Notes: generated from the letters alone by a model not told the origin. DNA of 64,000 bases from an uncultured delta proteobacterium (GCA_963827685.1 CAWHBU010000004.1:768001-832000), one strand, 5' to 3'. Positions 44,225-54,059 are shown, counted from the stretch's first letter. A program made the numbers and translations.

Positions 44225-45007
44225 GTGAAAAAGTTCTTTGCATATCCCGGCGGCAAATGGCCAATAAGGAATCAAATCATCGCTCTGTTTCCGGTCCATA
44301 TGACCTACGTCGATGTTTTCGGCGGCTCGGCCTCGATCCTTATAACCAAGCCGCCATCGATCGGAGAGGTCTTTAATGATAAGAGCGAGGAATTGGTTAA
44401 TTTCTTTCGCGTTGTAAAACACCGGCCTGCAGAGTTGGCAGAAAGAGCAAAATTCTGGATCCATTCAAGAAGTTTGTGGGGCGAGAAAAAGGCACAGATC
44501 GCTTTAAGGGATGAGGTCGCTCGTGCCTTCCGGTTTTGGGTCCTATTGGAAGATTCATTTGGCGGCATGGGCGGGACATTTGGGACAGGCCGTGAGGCGG
44601 CACGGTCAGTGACGCACGCGCGCGATTACTTGGAGGAGATTGCTAACCGGTTGAGGTCCGCGCATATCGAGTGCCTCGATTTCGCCGCCTGTATAAAGAA
44701 ATATGACGCCTTTGAGACGTTTTTCTATTGTGATCCACCTTATCCCGGCACAAAGGGCGGCGATAAAAATTACGACCAATTGAGTGATCAGGAATGGAGG
44801 GATTTGCGCGATATTTTATCCGGCATCAAGGGCAAATTCCTTCTCTCCTCGAGTCAACACAAAACGGTTCTCTCTTTATTCAAAGGTTTTTCGATCGGCA
44901 GGATTTCCGCGCCCGTTTCGCTTCCGAGGGGCAGAAATAAAGGTCGTCGCCAGGAATTAGTGATCGCAAATTACAGTTTGCCACGGAGAAAATCGAGCGC
45001 GAATTGA
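44225..45007 (+). CDS. DNA adenine methyltransferase (D12/Dam family)
   Basis: FAYPGGK, YVDVFGGSASI, EVFND, FYCDPPY, KGKFLLS, ELVIANY; GTG start after GGAGG. Confidence 0.92.
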   Translation: MKKFFAYPGGKWPIRNQIIALFPVHMTYVDVFGGSASILITKPPSIGEVFNDKSEELVNFFRVVKHRPAELAERAKFWIHSRSLWGEKKAQIALRDEVARAFRFWVLLEDSFGGMGGTFGTGREAARSVTHARDYLEEIANRLRSAHIECLDFAACIKKYDAFETFFYCDPPYPGTKGGDKNYDQLSDQEWRDLRDILSGIKGKFLLSSSQHKTVLSLFKGFSIGRISAPVSLPRGRNKGRRQELVIANYSLPRRKSSAN

Positions 45008-45029
45008 GGTAGAATTCGGCGCTCAAAAT

Positions 45030-45200
45030 ATTTCACAAGCAGATTAAGACGCCACTGAGTTTTGGGAGACGAATTGACCAAAAAATCAGTCGACGTATTT
45101 TTGTTGCCTGAAACAGGGATTTTGTAATATGATTTCACAAATCGTCCAAACAATTTGAAAAAAAATCCAAAACTCCTTGCCAAACCATATTGACCTGGCA
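45030..45200 (+). other. probable right end of prophage (transposase-binding repeats)
   Basis: ATTTCACAA (45030, 45132) and CTTGCCAAA (45176) are inverted copies of TTGTGAAAT/TTTGGCAAG at 166-183; repeated CCAAA; ends ...TGGCA at 45200. Confidence 0.5.
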
Positions 45201-45249
45201 AGATAACGATTAAGCTTATCTGCGCGCTTTGGCGTATCCTCAGGATTTT

Positions 45250-45360
45250 TTAGGCTTGTTTTCTGGCTTTTTTGTCGGCAATAATATCGAGCAACGCGTC
45301 TGGGTGTGTAGCCGCAACCCCTAACAATACTCGGGCCGGATCTTCCACGTCGCCTTTCCT
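45250..45360 (-). pseudogene. remnant of XRE/HigA-type antitoxin C-terminus
   Basis: ...EDPARVLLGVAATHPDALLDIIA..., resembling the PxGPARxLL..HP tail; no start or HTH. Confidence 0.4.
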
Positions 45361-45442
45361 TCTATTCTACCCCAACGGCTAAACCCACGGAAGGGCATTG
45401 AACACCAGGAAAATTCACGTCTAGTGCAGTACTTTGACTTGT

Positions 45443-45670
45443 TCATAACAATTTGTCAAATTCTTCCACTGTTAATTTTGCCTGTTTCAATATATGAGAA
45501 AGAGTAGACCGTTTGATCGGACGGTGAGCGGGGACAGTTAATTTAAGTGTTTCAGTGGAAGTGTGCTTTTGGAGTCGAATATGGCTTCCTTTTTGCCTTA
45601 CAACAACCCATCCGCTCCGTTGCAGCGCTCTGATGATTTGATCATATGGCAGGCTTGGAATTTTGGTCAT
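45443..45670 (-). CDS. hicA: HicA-family toxin
   Basis: GWVVVRQKGSHIRL...LTVPAH...TLSHILKQA. Confidence 0.9.
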   Translation of the reverse strand: MTKIPSLPYDQIIRALQRSGWVVVRQKGSHIRLQKHTSTETLKLTVPAHRPIKRSTLSHILKQAKLTVEEFDKLL

Positions 45671-45870
45671 ACCGCCAGCTCGATCATTTCAGCATTAGGG
45701 GCGAAGACCTGATCATCTTCGATAGGCTCCAGGTAAAGTTCAATAGCCTCTCGTATATTCTTAAGTGCTTCCTCTTTACTGTTCCCTTCGCTGATGCAAC
45801 CCGGCAAGGAAGGAACGATTGCTGTATAACCGCCCTCTTCACTTGGCTCCAATATAATCTTAATTTTCAT
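45667..45870 (-). CDS. hicB: HicB-family antitoxin (short form)
   Basis: EEGGYTAIVPSLPGCISEG.SKEEALKNIREAIELYL. Confidence 0.9.
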   Translation of the reverse strand: MKIKIILEPSEEGGYTAIVPSLPGCISEGNSKEEALKNIREAIELYLEPIEDDQVFAPNAEMIELAV

Positions 45871-45997
45871 GATAGCGCCTCCCATCATAAATATACACTA
45901 TTTCTGTGGAACTTGTCATTTTTCAAACTCTTTCAAAAAGCTTAGTTTAAGAAAGTAAAGGATAAAGCTCTGACCTCATTTCCCAACCCTGTTCCGC

Positions 45998-47893
45998 TCA
46001 CAGCTTCACTTCGAGGAGGCTCGTTTCGACTTCTGCAAACAGCTCGTCAAGAGACTGTTGTATGGTGATTGTTTCTGCGATGGCTGTTACCACCGTGGCG
46101 TAGTGAGCTACTTCTTCGGATGAAAGCTCCCTGCCCTTGCGGTCCTTGAGCCATTTCTCTGAAACCTGATAGCCGCCAATGTGATATTCCCAGACTTCGG
46201 GAGGAATGCCAGCAAACCATTTTTCAGGATTAATGTGAACACGAGCTTTCTTTTGATCGTGGATTACTTTGACAACACGAAGGTCTCCGGGCCCTTCGCA
46301 CTTGGAAATGGGCTTGGCAAGCCTCTTGGATTTGAGCAGGTGGAGTTCAACAAGCTCCTCGCCCTTTTCGGCAAGTTTGTTAAAAAGGTTGTACTCCTTC
46401 GTGAACGGGACGCGAGGGAAATCGGTCTTCAAGAACTCCACATATTTTTTCCGGTAGGCATTGGGGGGGGTGAGCAAGGCAAGAGGTTTTGTTAAGCCTA
46501 TCTGCTCAAGGACAAGAGCTGTCGAGACGGGTTCCTTTTTGCTCGATGCTCGATAAAGAGCCGAGATAATGGCCTGCTCAATTTCTGCCCCACTGAAATC
46601 CGCAGCTCTTTCAGCCAATAACTTACAATCGAATTTCTCAGGATCTTGCCCCCGTTTCCGGAGATGAATGATGAAAAGAGACATCCTTATTTCTTGATCC
46701 GGCAGATCGACGAAAAATATCTCATCAAAACGTCCTTTTCTTAAAAATTCTGGGGGGAGGCGAAAAATGTCGTTGGCTGTGGCGGCTAAAAAGCACTTGG
46801 ATTGGCGTTCCTGCATCCAGGTCAGAAATGTTCCGAGGACTCTTTGGGAAACCCCTCCATCCGATTCTCCTGCCGATGCAGCAAAGCCTTTTTCGATTTC
46901 ATCGATCCATAGACATAATGGAGACAATTTATCTACCGTGGCCAAGGCTTTTCTGAGATTCTGTTCTGTCTGTCCAATATATTGACCATAAAGTCTTCCG
47001 ATGTCGAGACGATAAAGAGGCAATCCCAGCTCCTTGGCGACTGCTTTGACAGCCAGACTTTTACCACAACCCTGTACTCCCATCAAAAGGACTCCTCGCG
47101 GCGGGGGCAGAGAGGAGGTGTCCATCAGAAAGCTTCCCCTACGCTCACTCAGCCAGCGTTTTAAATGGTCGAAGTTGGCGATGTTCTCTTTATCTTCAGT
47201 GATGCAAAATTCGAGTAATCCCTCCTGATCAAAGAGCTTCTTCTTATAGGATTCGACGGTGTTCAAGTCTTTGATGTCAATGAGATGATCATCGATAAAA
47301 CATTGGTGGATGACATTTCTGATCTGCTGGACTGATAGCCCCTTTAGAGACTTAACAATTTTTTGTATCTCATCAACAGTCAAGGATATTTTTCCCCTCT
47401 CGTCTCTGATCAACTCGTTAAATATCCCCTTCAGGAGTGAACCGATTTCCTGCTCATCCGGGTATCCTCCGACGATGTGAGCTGCCTCGGGTTCAATGTC
47501 TCTTGGGAGCTTATACTCCGGACTTACGATGACAATCGTATTTTTTGTGTTCTTGATCAGATTCACCAAATCCTTAAAGAGCCTTAAAAGAAGAGAGTTC
47601 TCCAGGTACTTGTCAATATCTTTCAGAACAAATAATCCTGATTCAGACCGATCCGATTTGATCAAGGAAAGGATGGTCTTGAGCATTTTTTCTGGATCTC
47701 CTGTTTGATAATAGGAACTTTCATTAAAACCTCTTTGAAGCCCCACTGTCACCGACCATTGATAAAAAATAAGATTTAATTGACTCGCGGTCTGCCTAAG
47801 CTGGTTTACCACATATTCTTCATCAATCGATTCTACAAAAATGACGGGATATTTTGACCTGATTAGGAGGGTAAGCTCATCGTTTGCAAGCAT
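45998..47893 (-). CDS. Ycf46-like AAA ATPase fused to a type ISP restriction-modification C-terminal fragment
   Basis: GVQGCGKS, LWIDEIEK, LPPEFLRKGRFDEIFF; then YRKKYVEFLKTDFPRVP...VWEYHIGGYQVSEKWLKDRK. Confidence 0.8.
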   Translation of the reverse strand: MLANDELTLLIRSKYPVIFVESIDEEYVVNQLRQTASQLNLIFYQWSVTVGLQRGFNESSYYQTGDPEKMLKTILSLIKSDRSESGLFVLKDIDKYLENSLLLRLFKDLVNLIKNTKNTIVIVSPEYKLPRDIEPEAAHIVGGYPDEQEIGSLLKGIFNELIRDERGKISLTVDEIQKIVKSLKGLSVQQIRNVIHQCFIDDHLIDIKDLNTVESYKKKLFDQEGLLEFCITEDKENIANFDHLKRWLSERRGSFLMDTSSLPPPRGVLLMGVQGCGKSLAVKAVAKELGLPLYRLDIGRLYGQYIGQTEQNLRKALATVDKLSPLCLWIDEIEKGFAASAGESDGGVSQRVLGTFLTWMQERQSKCFLAATANDIFRLPPEFLRKGRFDEIFFVDLPDQEIRMSLFIIHLRKRGQDPEKFDCKLLAERAADFSGAEIEQAIISALYRASSKKEPVSTALVLEQIGLTKPLALLTPPNAYRKKYVEFLKTDFPRVPFTKEYNLFNKLAEKGEELVELHLLKSKRLAKPISKCEGPGDLRVVKVIHDQKKARVHINPEKWFAGIPPEVWEYHIGGYQVSEKWLKDRKGRELSSEEVAHYATVVTAIAETITIQQSLDELFAEVETSLLEVKL

Positions 47894-47923
47894 CTTTCGT
47901 CCCTCGAAAAGAGAGAATTTGCC

Positions 47924-48472
47924 TCACCGGGGTGTAGCGATTTCCTTTAAGGCATCCTTATAAATGTCAAAGGTATTTGAATCGAAAAGCACGAATCGGA
48001 CGAGTTTGATTTCGGGATAGTCTTTCAGGTAGTCCATCACCGTCTTTAATGCAATTCTGGAAGCCTCCTTTACAGGATATCCATAGATTCCTGTACTGAT
48101 TGAAGGGAAGGCAATTGAAGCAATCTTGTTCTGGGTACACAGTTCCAGACTCTTTCGGTAAGCGCCCGATAAGAGTTCAGGATCCTTGGGTGATCCTGAA
48201 TATCTCGGGCCCACCGCATGGATCACATATTTGGCCTTGAGATTCCCTCCACTCGTAATCACAGCTGATCCTGTGGGACAGCCCTTATACTTCGCCCTCA
48301 GTTCAGACATAACGGAAGGCCCGCCTGCCCTGTGGATGGCACCATCCACCCCACCTCCTCCCGCCAATGCAGAATTGGCAGCGTTACCAATGGCCTCGGT
48401 GTCCTGTTGGGTGATATCGCCCTGCACGATTTCTAAAATGGATTTCTGGACGTTGACTTTCATCACGTTCAC
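47924..48472 (-). CDS. ymdB: macrodomain O-acetyl-ADP-ribose deacetylase
   Basis: GDIT, NAANSALAGGGGVDGAIHRAGG, VIHAVGP, AFPSISTGIYGYP. Confidence 0.9.
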   Translation of the reverse strand: MNVMKVNVQKSILEIVQGDITQQDTEAIGNAANSALAGGGGVDGAIHRAGGPSVMSELRAKYKGCPTGSAVITSGGNLKAKYVIHAVGPRYSGSPKDPELLSGAYRKSLELCTQNKIASIAFPSISTGIYGYPVKEASRIALKTVMDYLKDYPEIKLVRFVLFDSNTFDIYKDALKEIATPR

Positions 48473-48510
48473 CTCTCATCTGGAATCTTTCCTATCCATA
48501 CCAAAAAGAG

Positions 48511-48540
48511 TTGACATCGTCAATAGGATGGGGGTATGGT
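48511..48540 (+). promoter_or_regulatory. candidate sigma70 promoter for MFS gene
   Basis: TTGACA 48511-48516, 18 bp, TATGGT. Confidence 0.4.
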
Positions 48541-48548
48541 TTCAGGCG

Positions 48549-49739
48549 ATGAAAAAAATTCACTACGGCTGGGTGATTGTTGGGGTGGGAGTCCTCGTAA
48601 AGATGACAGGCTTGGGGTTTGGCCGGTTTGCCTATCCCATGCTCCTGCCGAATATGAGACGGTCGCTTGGATTTAACTATAGCGAGATGGGGCTTTTGAG
48701 TGGAGCCATGATGCTGGGATACCTTCTCTTCTCTCTTATCGGTGGAATGTTGGCAACACGATTTGGTCCCAAAAGGATTGTGGTCGCCTCCCTCCTGTGT
48801 GGAGCACTTTCTATGTTCTTCATCAGTAACTTATCGGGCTTCTCTTCTCTTCTTTTTTTCAGCTTTGCCATGGGAGCGGGCGGTGCAGGTTCTCACATTT
48901 CCATAACCACTCTACCCATGGCATGGTTTGGGGAGCGGAGGTTGGGCAGGGCCCTTGGCGTTGTGACAGGTGGAACAGGCCTTGGTATTGTAATCACAGG
49001 CCTCTTGCTTCCCTATCTCCTGTACAGCTTGGGGAAAGAGGCGTGGAGACAGTGCTGGTTCCTTCTGGCCTTGATCACCTTTTCGGTTGCAGTGGTCGGA
49101 GCGATATTTTTAAGAGAAAAACCGAGTCAGGCGACATTCCCTCCTTCCGGTCCTGCTGGATACAAAGAATCCATTCCCTCTGCTGGAAAAAGAAAAGGAC
49201 TCAACCTCAAGGCAATTTTTATCATCTATTTCATCTTCGGATTTGCCTATAACATCTATGCGACTTACTTTGTCGCTTATATGGTAGAGGAGATTCGACT
49301 TACAGAGAAAACGGCAGGGGATATTTGGGCCATTTTTGGCTGGATGTGTGCGGGGAGTGGATTGATCTGGGGATTCCTTTCGGACCGCTTGGGCAGACGA
49401 AAGGCGTTGCTCTGGAACAACGCGATCATCTCTCTTTCGGTTCTCCTTCCCCTTCTTTTTTATCAGCCTTTCTTCATGGGTTTTTCTGCCCTTCTTTTTG
49501 GAGGGACTTTCTTAGGAACGGTCACCATCATTGCAGCGGCGATTGGAGATCAGGTAAGTGAAAAAAGGAGTTTCGTTTATGGTTTGGTCACCCTGATCCA
49601 CGGCACCGGACAGTTCTTGGGAACGACCTCCGGTGGGTACTTAAAAGATTTGACGGGCACCTTTCAGCTAACCCTTATCGTTTCCCTGACCGGCTTTCTC
49701 CTCTGCATACTCCTGACCGCGCTCAAGAAAGAAGGGTGA
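48549..49739 (+). CDS. MFS transporter (YbfB/YjiJ-like)
   Basis: About 12 TM; GFGRFAYPMLLP, LSDRLGRRK; start MKKIHYGW. Confidence 0.88.
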   Translation: MKKIHYGWVIVGVGVLVKMTGLGFGRFAYPMLLPNMRRSLGFNYSEMGLLSGAMMLGYLLFSLIGGMLATRFGPKRIVVASLLCGALSMFFISNLSGFSSLLFFSFAMGAGGAGSHISITTLPMAWFGERRLGRALGVVTGGTGLGIVITGLLLPYLLYSLGKEAWRQCWFLLALITFSVAVVGAIFLREKPSQATFPPSGPAGYKESIPSAGKRKGLNLKAIFIIYFIFGFAYNIYATYFVAYMVEEIRLTEKTAGDIWAIFGWMCAGSGLIWGFLSDRLGRRKALLWNNAIISLSVLLPLLFYQPFFMGFSALLFGGTFLGTVTIIAAAIGDQVSEKRSFVYGLVTLIHGTGQFLGTTSGGYLKDLTGTFQLTLIVSLTGFLLCILLTALKKEG

Positions 49740-49805
49740 GGAAATCTCTCCCACCCTTTTTAGAATAACTCAATAACTTATTGACTCAATAACTCGCTAG
49801 CCCCT

Positions 49806-50417
49806 TTACAGGGTTTCATAAAACGATTTTTTCAAAAACTTAAAGGATGCAACAAATTTATCGAAGATCTCAAAAGCGGATAGATCGTAAGGCCCATCCA
49901 TGGGTCTCCATTGGGTAATATAAAAACCTACAATCCGGCCACCCCGTTTACCGAAGATGACTTGAGCTCTGACCTTCTCTTTTTTCACTGGGTCCTTTCC
50001 CTCCACCAGCACTGCCAGTCCTTCTCCACCAACGACCTGTACTTTTTTTCTCTCCAAAATTTGGAACTGGAGGATGGCGTTGAAAAGGAATCGCTTGAAA
50101 AACTCCCTTTCCCTCCCCTCGAACGATGCGGCTGTACAGCCGAAAGGCTCCTCATCATAAGCAAACGTGGTTAAAGAGGGGAATGATCCAGGGTCTGATC
50201 TCATAAATCCAAAATTGATATCATTCTCTCCTGCTTCTACCCTTAGTAATTTCCAATCCGGGGGAGGGGGCAGGAACTCAAACTCATCTTCCCAAATGAC
50301 CATTCCCTGTGGAGTCAATCTGTAAGGAACCTTCTTAGAGTTTTCCATTGTGGCACATCCGGAAAACCAAGCCACTACCAACACTGAGCATAGAATCGTC
50401 AACAACTTTCCTTTCAT
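49806..50417 (-). CDS. lipoprotein
   Basis: Signal with FSGC lipobox; overlaps upstream stop. Confidence 0.75.
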   Translation of the reverse strand: MKGKLLTILCSVLVVAWFSGCATMENSKKVPYRLTPQGMVIWEDEFEFLPPPPDWKLLRVEAGENDINFGFMRSDPGSFPSLTTFAYDEEPFGCTAASFEGREREFFKRFLFNAILQFQILERKKVQVVGGEGLAVLVEGKDPVKKEKVRAQVIFGKRGGRIVGFYITQWRPMDGPYDLSAFEIFDKFVASFKFLKKSFYETL

Positions 50418-50968
50418 GGCTTTCCTCCTTCCTGGTTCAATGCTTTGAGAAAGAGGAGAATATCCTTGAAGTCAGGTGAACCATCCCTGACATAACGGAT
50501 GATTCCAGTTTTATCGATAATCACCGTTCGCCTTCCAAAGATGGGCTTTGCTTCAGGCGAAGCATCGAAATAGAAACCTAAAAAAGAAGTGATGTTCGAA
50601 AGGAGGGGGAAGGTTATACCTAAACTATTCCCCCAATATTTTAACGTTGTGACATCATCCCGGCTGACGCCCACGACCCGGGCGTTGAAGCGGTCATAGA
50701 GGGAAAGGTTCCTCTGATGACCCTCCATTTCGCCCGTTCAGACAGGGGTGAAGGCGGCTGGAAAGAACGTGATGATCAGATGGTACTTTCCATAGTACTC
50801 GTCGGCATAATTAATCAACCGGTCCTGCGTGGATGGCAGGGTAAAATTGAGTGTCTCTCGACCGATTAACTCTATTCTTTTTGCAGCTTCCACATGGGAG
50901 AGAGGAAGAAGGAATAACAAAAGTAAAGGCAGGGGAATCCATTTGTGGTAAAGAATCTTTCTCCTCAT
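50414..50968 (-). CDS. exported peroxiredoxin/AhpC-like selenoprotein (Sec at TGA 50738-50740)
   Basis: Two ORFs in the same frame joined by TGA: FFPAAFTPV-U-TGEMEG (Prx PxxxTxxC motif), then VVGVSRD, FPLLS, RRTVIIDKTGIIRY. Confidence 0.85.
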
Positions 50969-51069
50969 GATAACCTCCTTTCTATCATTAATTAATGATT
51001 AAAGAATTTTACCTCATTTTGTTAGCTTTTGCAATTCAGCTTAATGAGCTTAATGAGTGCAGATTTCTC

Positions 51070-52500
51070 TCACGGCTGAAGGACAAGAGGTAATGTGCGC
51101 GAGATGACGGAGAATAGGGGTGAGGGCATGACCCCTAACCACAGAATCATGATGAATATCAGCCCGCCTGCAATACGATCGGAAAGAGCCGTGTCAGAGA
51201 TTGTGACTTTTCTTTCTTCGGGTCGCATGTAAAGGCAGACAATGACTTTTAGGTAAAAATAGATGGATAGAACGACGGTTATTATTCCGATGACTGCCAG
51301 CACGATGAAATCGGCCTGGAGGGTGGCCTGGAACAGGGCAAACTTTCCAATGAAACCTGCTGTTGGAGGAAGGCCGGCTAAGGAGAAAAGACAAATGGTA
51401 AGGAAAGCAGACTGCCACGGATGCGAATAACCAAGACTCCTATAGTCCTCGATCGTATCTAAATCATCCCTTTTTTCTGAAAATATGGCTAATGCACCAA
51501 AGGCGCCTAAGTCCATCAACGCATAGACGGTCAAGTAGAACATCACGGCCGAAGCCCCGTTTTGTTTTACTGCCAATAAAGTCATCAACAAATAACCCAT
51601 CTGGGCAATGGAAGAGTAGGCTAACAAACGTTTTATCCGGGTCTGTGTCAAAGCAGCAATATTTCCGGCAACCATCGTCAGAGCAGACAACACCCACAAC
51701 ACAGGTGTTAAATAAGGCCAGACCACATCCCCGGAGGCAAAAGCAAAGCGCAACAGTGCAGCGAATAAGGCTACCTTTGAACCTGCTGTCAAAAAGGCAG
51801 TGACAGGTGTTGGAGCTCCTTGGTAAACATCCGGTGTCCACAAATGAAAGGGGACCAGAGAGATCTTAAAACCGATGCCGACCAGAATGAGACTTATACC
51901 GAGTAATATCACCGGTGTGTTGGCGCTAGGAATATTGACTGACAAGCTTTGGGCAATATCCAGTTTGCCGGTGGCCGCATAGAGCATGGCAATGCCAAAG
52001 ATGAGAAAAGCACTTGCCACCACGCCCATGACAAAGTATTTTATCCCGGCTTCATTTGACTGCGGATCATCTTTCCGGATAGCGATGAGGACGTACAGGG
52101 AAATTGACAAGATTTCAAGCCCCAGAAAGAAGGTTAGCCAATGGAGAGCCGAGGCGACGAACGTCATCCCCAGGGCGGCAAAGAGAACGAGCCCGAAAAA
52201 CTCGTCTCCTGCGAAGCCCCGATTTTTCGCATACGGATATGAGAAGAGGAGTGTCATCCCGGTGATGGCTAAGATAAGAAAGGTGAAGAATCGGCCATAG
52301 CCGCTCGCTTCGAACATGCCTGCAAGCTGGGGTTCCTCGGGCCCCGTCAGGAGAGCGACTGCGCCGGCTGTCAAAACGAAGATCAGCGCCATACCAAAGA
52401 GAAATCCAGGCGGTCGGTGTCGCCAAAAACCACCGACACAGAAAATGAAAAAGCCCCCTGCGGCAAGGGTGAGTTGGGGGAGAATAGAAAACCAATCCAT
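51070..52500 (-). CDS. nuoN: NADH-quinone oxidoreductase subunit N
   Basis: EAGIKYF, GFKISLVPFHLWTPDVYQGAP, KRLLAYSSIAQ. Confidence 0.95.
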   Translation of the reverse strand: MDWFSILPQLTLAAGGFFIFCVGGFWRHRPPGFLFGMALIFVLTAGAVALLTGPEEPQLAGMFEASGYGRFFTFLILAITGMTLLFSYPYAKNRGFAGDEFFGLVLFAALGMTFVASALHWLTFFLGLEILSISLYVLIAIRKDDPQSNEAGIKYFVMGVVASAFLIFGIAMLYAATGKLDIAQSLSVNIPSANTPVILLGISLILVGIGFKISLVPFHLWTPDVYQGAPTPVTAFLTAGSKVALFAALLRFAFASGDVVWPYLTPVLWVLSALTMVAGNIAALTQTRIKRLLAYSSIAQMGYLLMTLLAVKQNGASAVMFYLTVYALMDLGAFGALAIFSEKRDDLDTIEDYRSLGYSHPWQSAFLTICLFSLAGLPPTAGFIGKFALFQATLQADFIVLAVIGIITVVLSIYFYLKVIVCLYMRPEERKVTISDTALSDRIAGGLIFIMILWLGVMPSPLFSVISRTLPLVLQP

Positions 52501-52518
52501 AGATCTGATCCTTCCTCG

Positions 52519-52560
52519 CACCCTTCCCTCCCCCTCAAGGGGGGAGCGTGAGGCCGGGGG
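52519..52560. repeat. CCCTCCCCC/GGGGGGAG palindrome between nuoM and nuoN
   Basis: Read directly from sequence. Confidence 0.55.
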
Positions 52561-52579
52561 TCACTTTAGTTCACTAGTT

Positions 52580-54049
52580 TCACTTCAATAGTTCCAATAA
52601 TCCCTGGACCGGCTCCTGGATAAGATCCAAAACCGGTCCTGGATACAAACCAATAAAGAGCACGGCGATCGCCAGGGTTACCAAAATCACCGTTTCCCGA
52701 GTTGTCACATCCCAGAAGGTGTGCTCTTTCCTTGTTTCACCGAAAAGCGTGGATTGGACTACCCAGAGAATGTAGATGACAGTAAAAAGGAGACCGGCGA
52801 ACCCGATCACCGAAACCGCTGTGTTTTCCCGGAAGGTACCGATCAGGATGAGGATCTCGCCCACGAAATTGTTGAGCCCCGGGAAACCCATAGAGGCAAT
52901 AGCAAAGAACAAGAAAAAGGCACTGAAGACAGGCATTTTTTTCCAGAGCCCGCCGAGATCGGATAAGTCCCTGGAGTGGGTCCGTTCATCTAACATCCCC
53001 ACAAGAATAAAGAGTGCCGAGGTGGTCAGCCCGTGGTTGACCAGTTGCAACACGGCACCCGAAAGGGTCAGGATGTTCCAGACCGCAATTCCGATCACCA
53101 CGAGGCCCATATGAGCAATGCTTGAGTAAGCCACCAAGCGTTTGATATCCTTTTGCGCCAAAGCAATCCAGGCTGCATAGAATAAGCCAGCCAATCCCAG
53201 CCCGAGCAGGAGAGGGACAGAGAGCTTAGCTGCCGTGGGGAAAAGTGGAAAGGCAAACCGCAATAGTGCATACGCACCCGTCTTCAGGAGTAAGCCAGCC
53301 AGAATAACACTCCCTGCCGTAGGTGCTTCTGTATGGGCATCGGGCAGCCAGGTATGGACAGGAATGATAGGGACCTTGATTGCAAAAGCTAACAGGAACG
53401 CGGCGTAGAGCAATATTTCAGCAGACCATGAGAGAGGCGTATGGATCAATTGAGTGAAGGAGAAGGTGTAAGTCCCGGTCTGACTGCCATGGATGAGGTA
53501 GAGGCTGATCAATGCGATCAACATCAGCAGGCTGCCGGTCATGGTGAAAATGACAAATTTGAAGGTGGCATAAATTCGTCTTTCATGACCCCATATCCCG
53601 ATGAGGAAAAACATGGGGAAGAGTTGGACTTCCCAAAACAGGTAGAACAAGAAGAGATCTGTGGAGAGAAAGACACCCAGGATTCCGGTCTGCATGATGA
53701 GTAAGAAGAAGTGGAATGCTCCCACACGGTTTTCAATTTGCCTCCACGATAGGAGCACACAGAGGATGCCGAGAAATGCCGTGAGCAGGATAAGCATCAA
53801 GCTGATGCCATCCAGGCCAAGGCTATACCGTATGCCAAAGCGTTCTATCCAGGGAAAATCCTCTACCAATAACCATCTGACTCCGGTCGCGGATTGCGCC
53901 TTGAGATCCATGGTCAAGAGGGAAAGGATCAGGAAAAAATCTGCGAGGGTAATGGCGAAGCTGGTCCATCGGCACAGTTTCGCATGACGCCAGGAGAGAA
54001 GCACCAGCAGGCTGCCGAAAAAGGGAAGAAATACAATTAAAGAAAGCAT
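52580..54049 (-). CDS. nuoM: NADH-quinone oxidoreductase subunit M
   Basis: LDGIS, FYLFWE, HTWLPDAHTEAP, KRLVAYSSIAHMG. Confidence 0.95.
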   Translation of the reverse strand: MLSLIVFLPFFGSLLVLLSWRHAKLCRWTSFAITLADFFLILSLLTMDLKAQSATGVRWLLVEDFPWIERFGIRYSLGLDGISLMLILLTAFLGILCVLLSWRQIENRVGAFHFFLLIMQTGILGVFLSTDLFLFYLFWEVQLFPMFFLIGIWGHERRIYATFKFVIFTMTGSLLMLIALISLYLIHGSQTGTYTFSFTQLIHTPLSWSAEILLYAAFLLAFAIKVPIIPVHTWLPDAHTEAPTAGSVILAGLLLKTGAYALLRFAFPLFPTAAKLSVPLLLGLGLAGLFYAAWIALAQKDIKRLVAYSSIAHMGLVVIGIAVWNILTLSGAVLQLVNHGLTTSALFILVGMLDERTHSRDLSDLGGLWKKMPVFSAFFLFFAIASMGFPGLNNFVGEILILIGTFRENTAVSVIGFAGLLFTVIYILWVVQSTLFGETRKEHTFWDVTTRETVILVTLAIAVLFIGLYPGPVLDLIQEPVQGLLELLK

Positions 54050-54059
54050 ACCAATGCCC

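Larger units (their letters stand above)
1..45200 (+). mobile_element. Mu-like transposable prophage with siphovirus-type tail; left end probably at or before window start
   Basis: Mu gene order: repressor/ner, DDE transposase, AAA B protein, gam, gemA, lysis, gp25-28-like, portal, MuF, capsid, tail, terminal methylase. Host-type genes resume after ~45,200. Confidence 0.93.

Noticed and set aside
38252-45007. Diversity-generating retroelement or invertible G segment for host range
   Set aside because: No reverse transcriptase, TR/VR pair, invertase or paired fibre genes seen.
1-45200. Whole-phage stop-codon reassignment (TGA to Trp or Gly) explaining the MuF TGA
   Set aside because: Many phage genes end in TGA at ATGA overlaps, long genes are uninterrupted in code 11, and Trp uses TGG. 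Only a site-specific event fits.
48186-48548. N-terminal extension of the MFS ORF
   Set aside because: Overlaps the macrodomain gene on the opposite strand; a typical start MKKIHYGW lies at 48549 after a candidate promoter.
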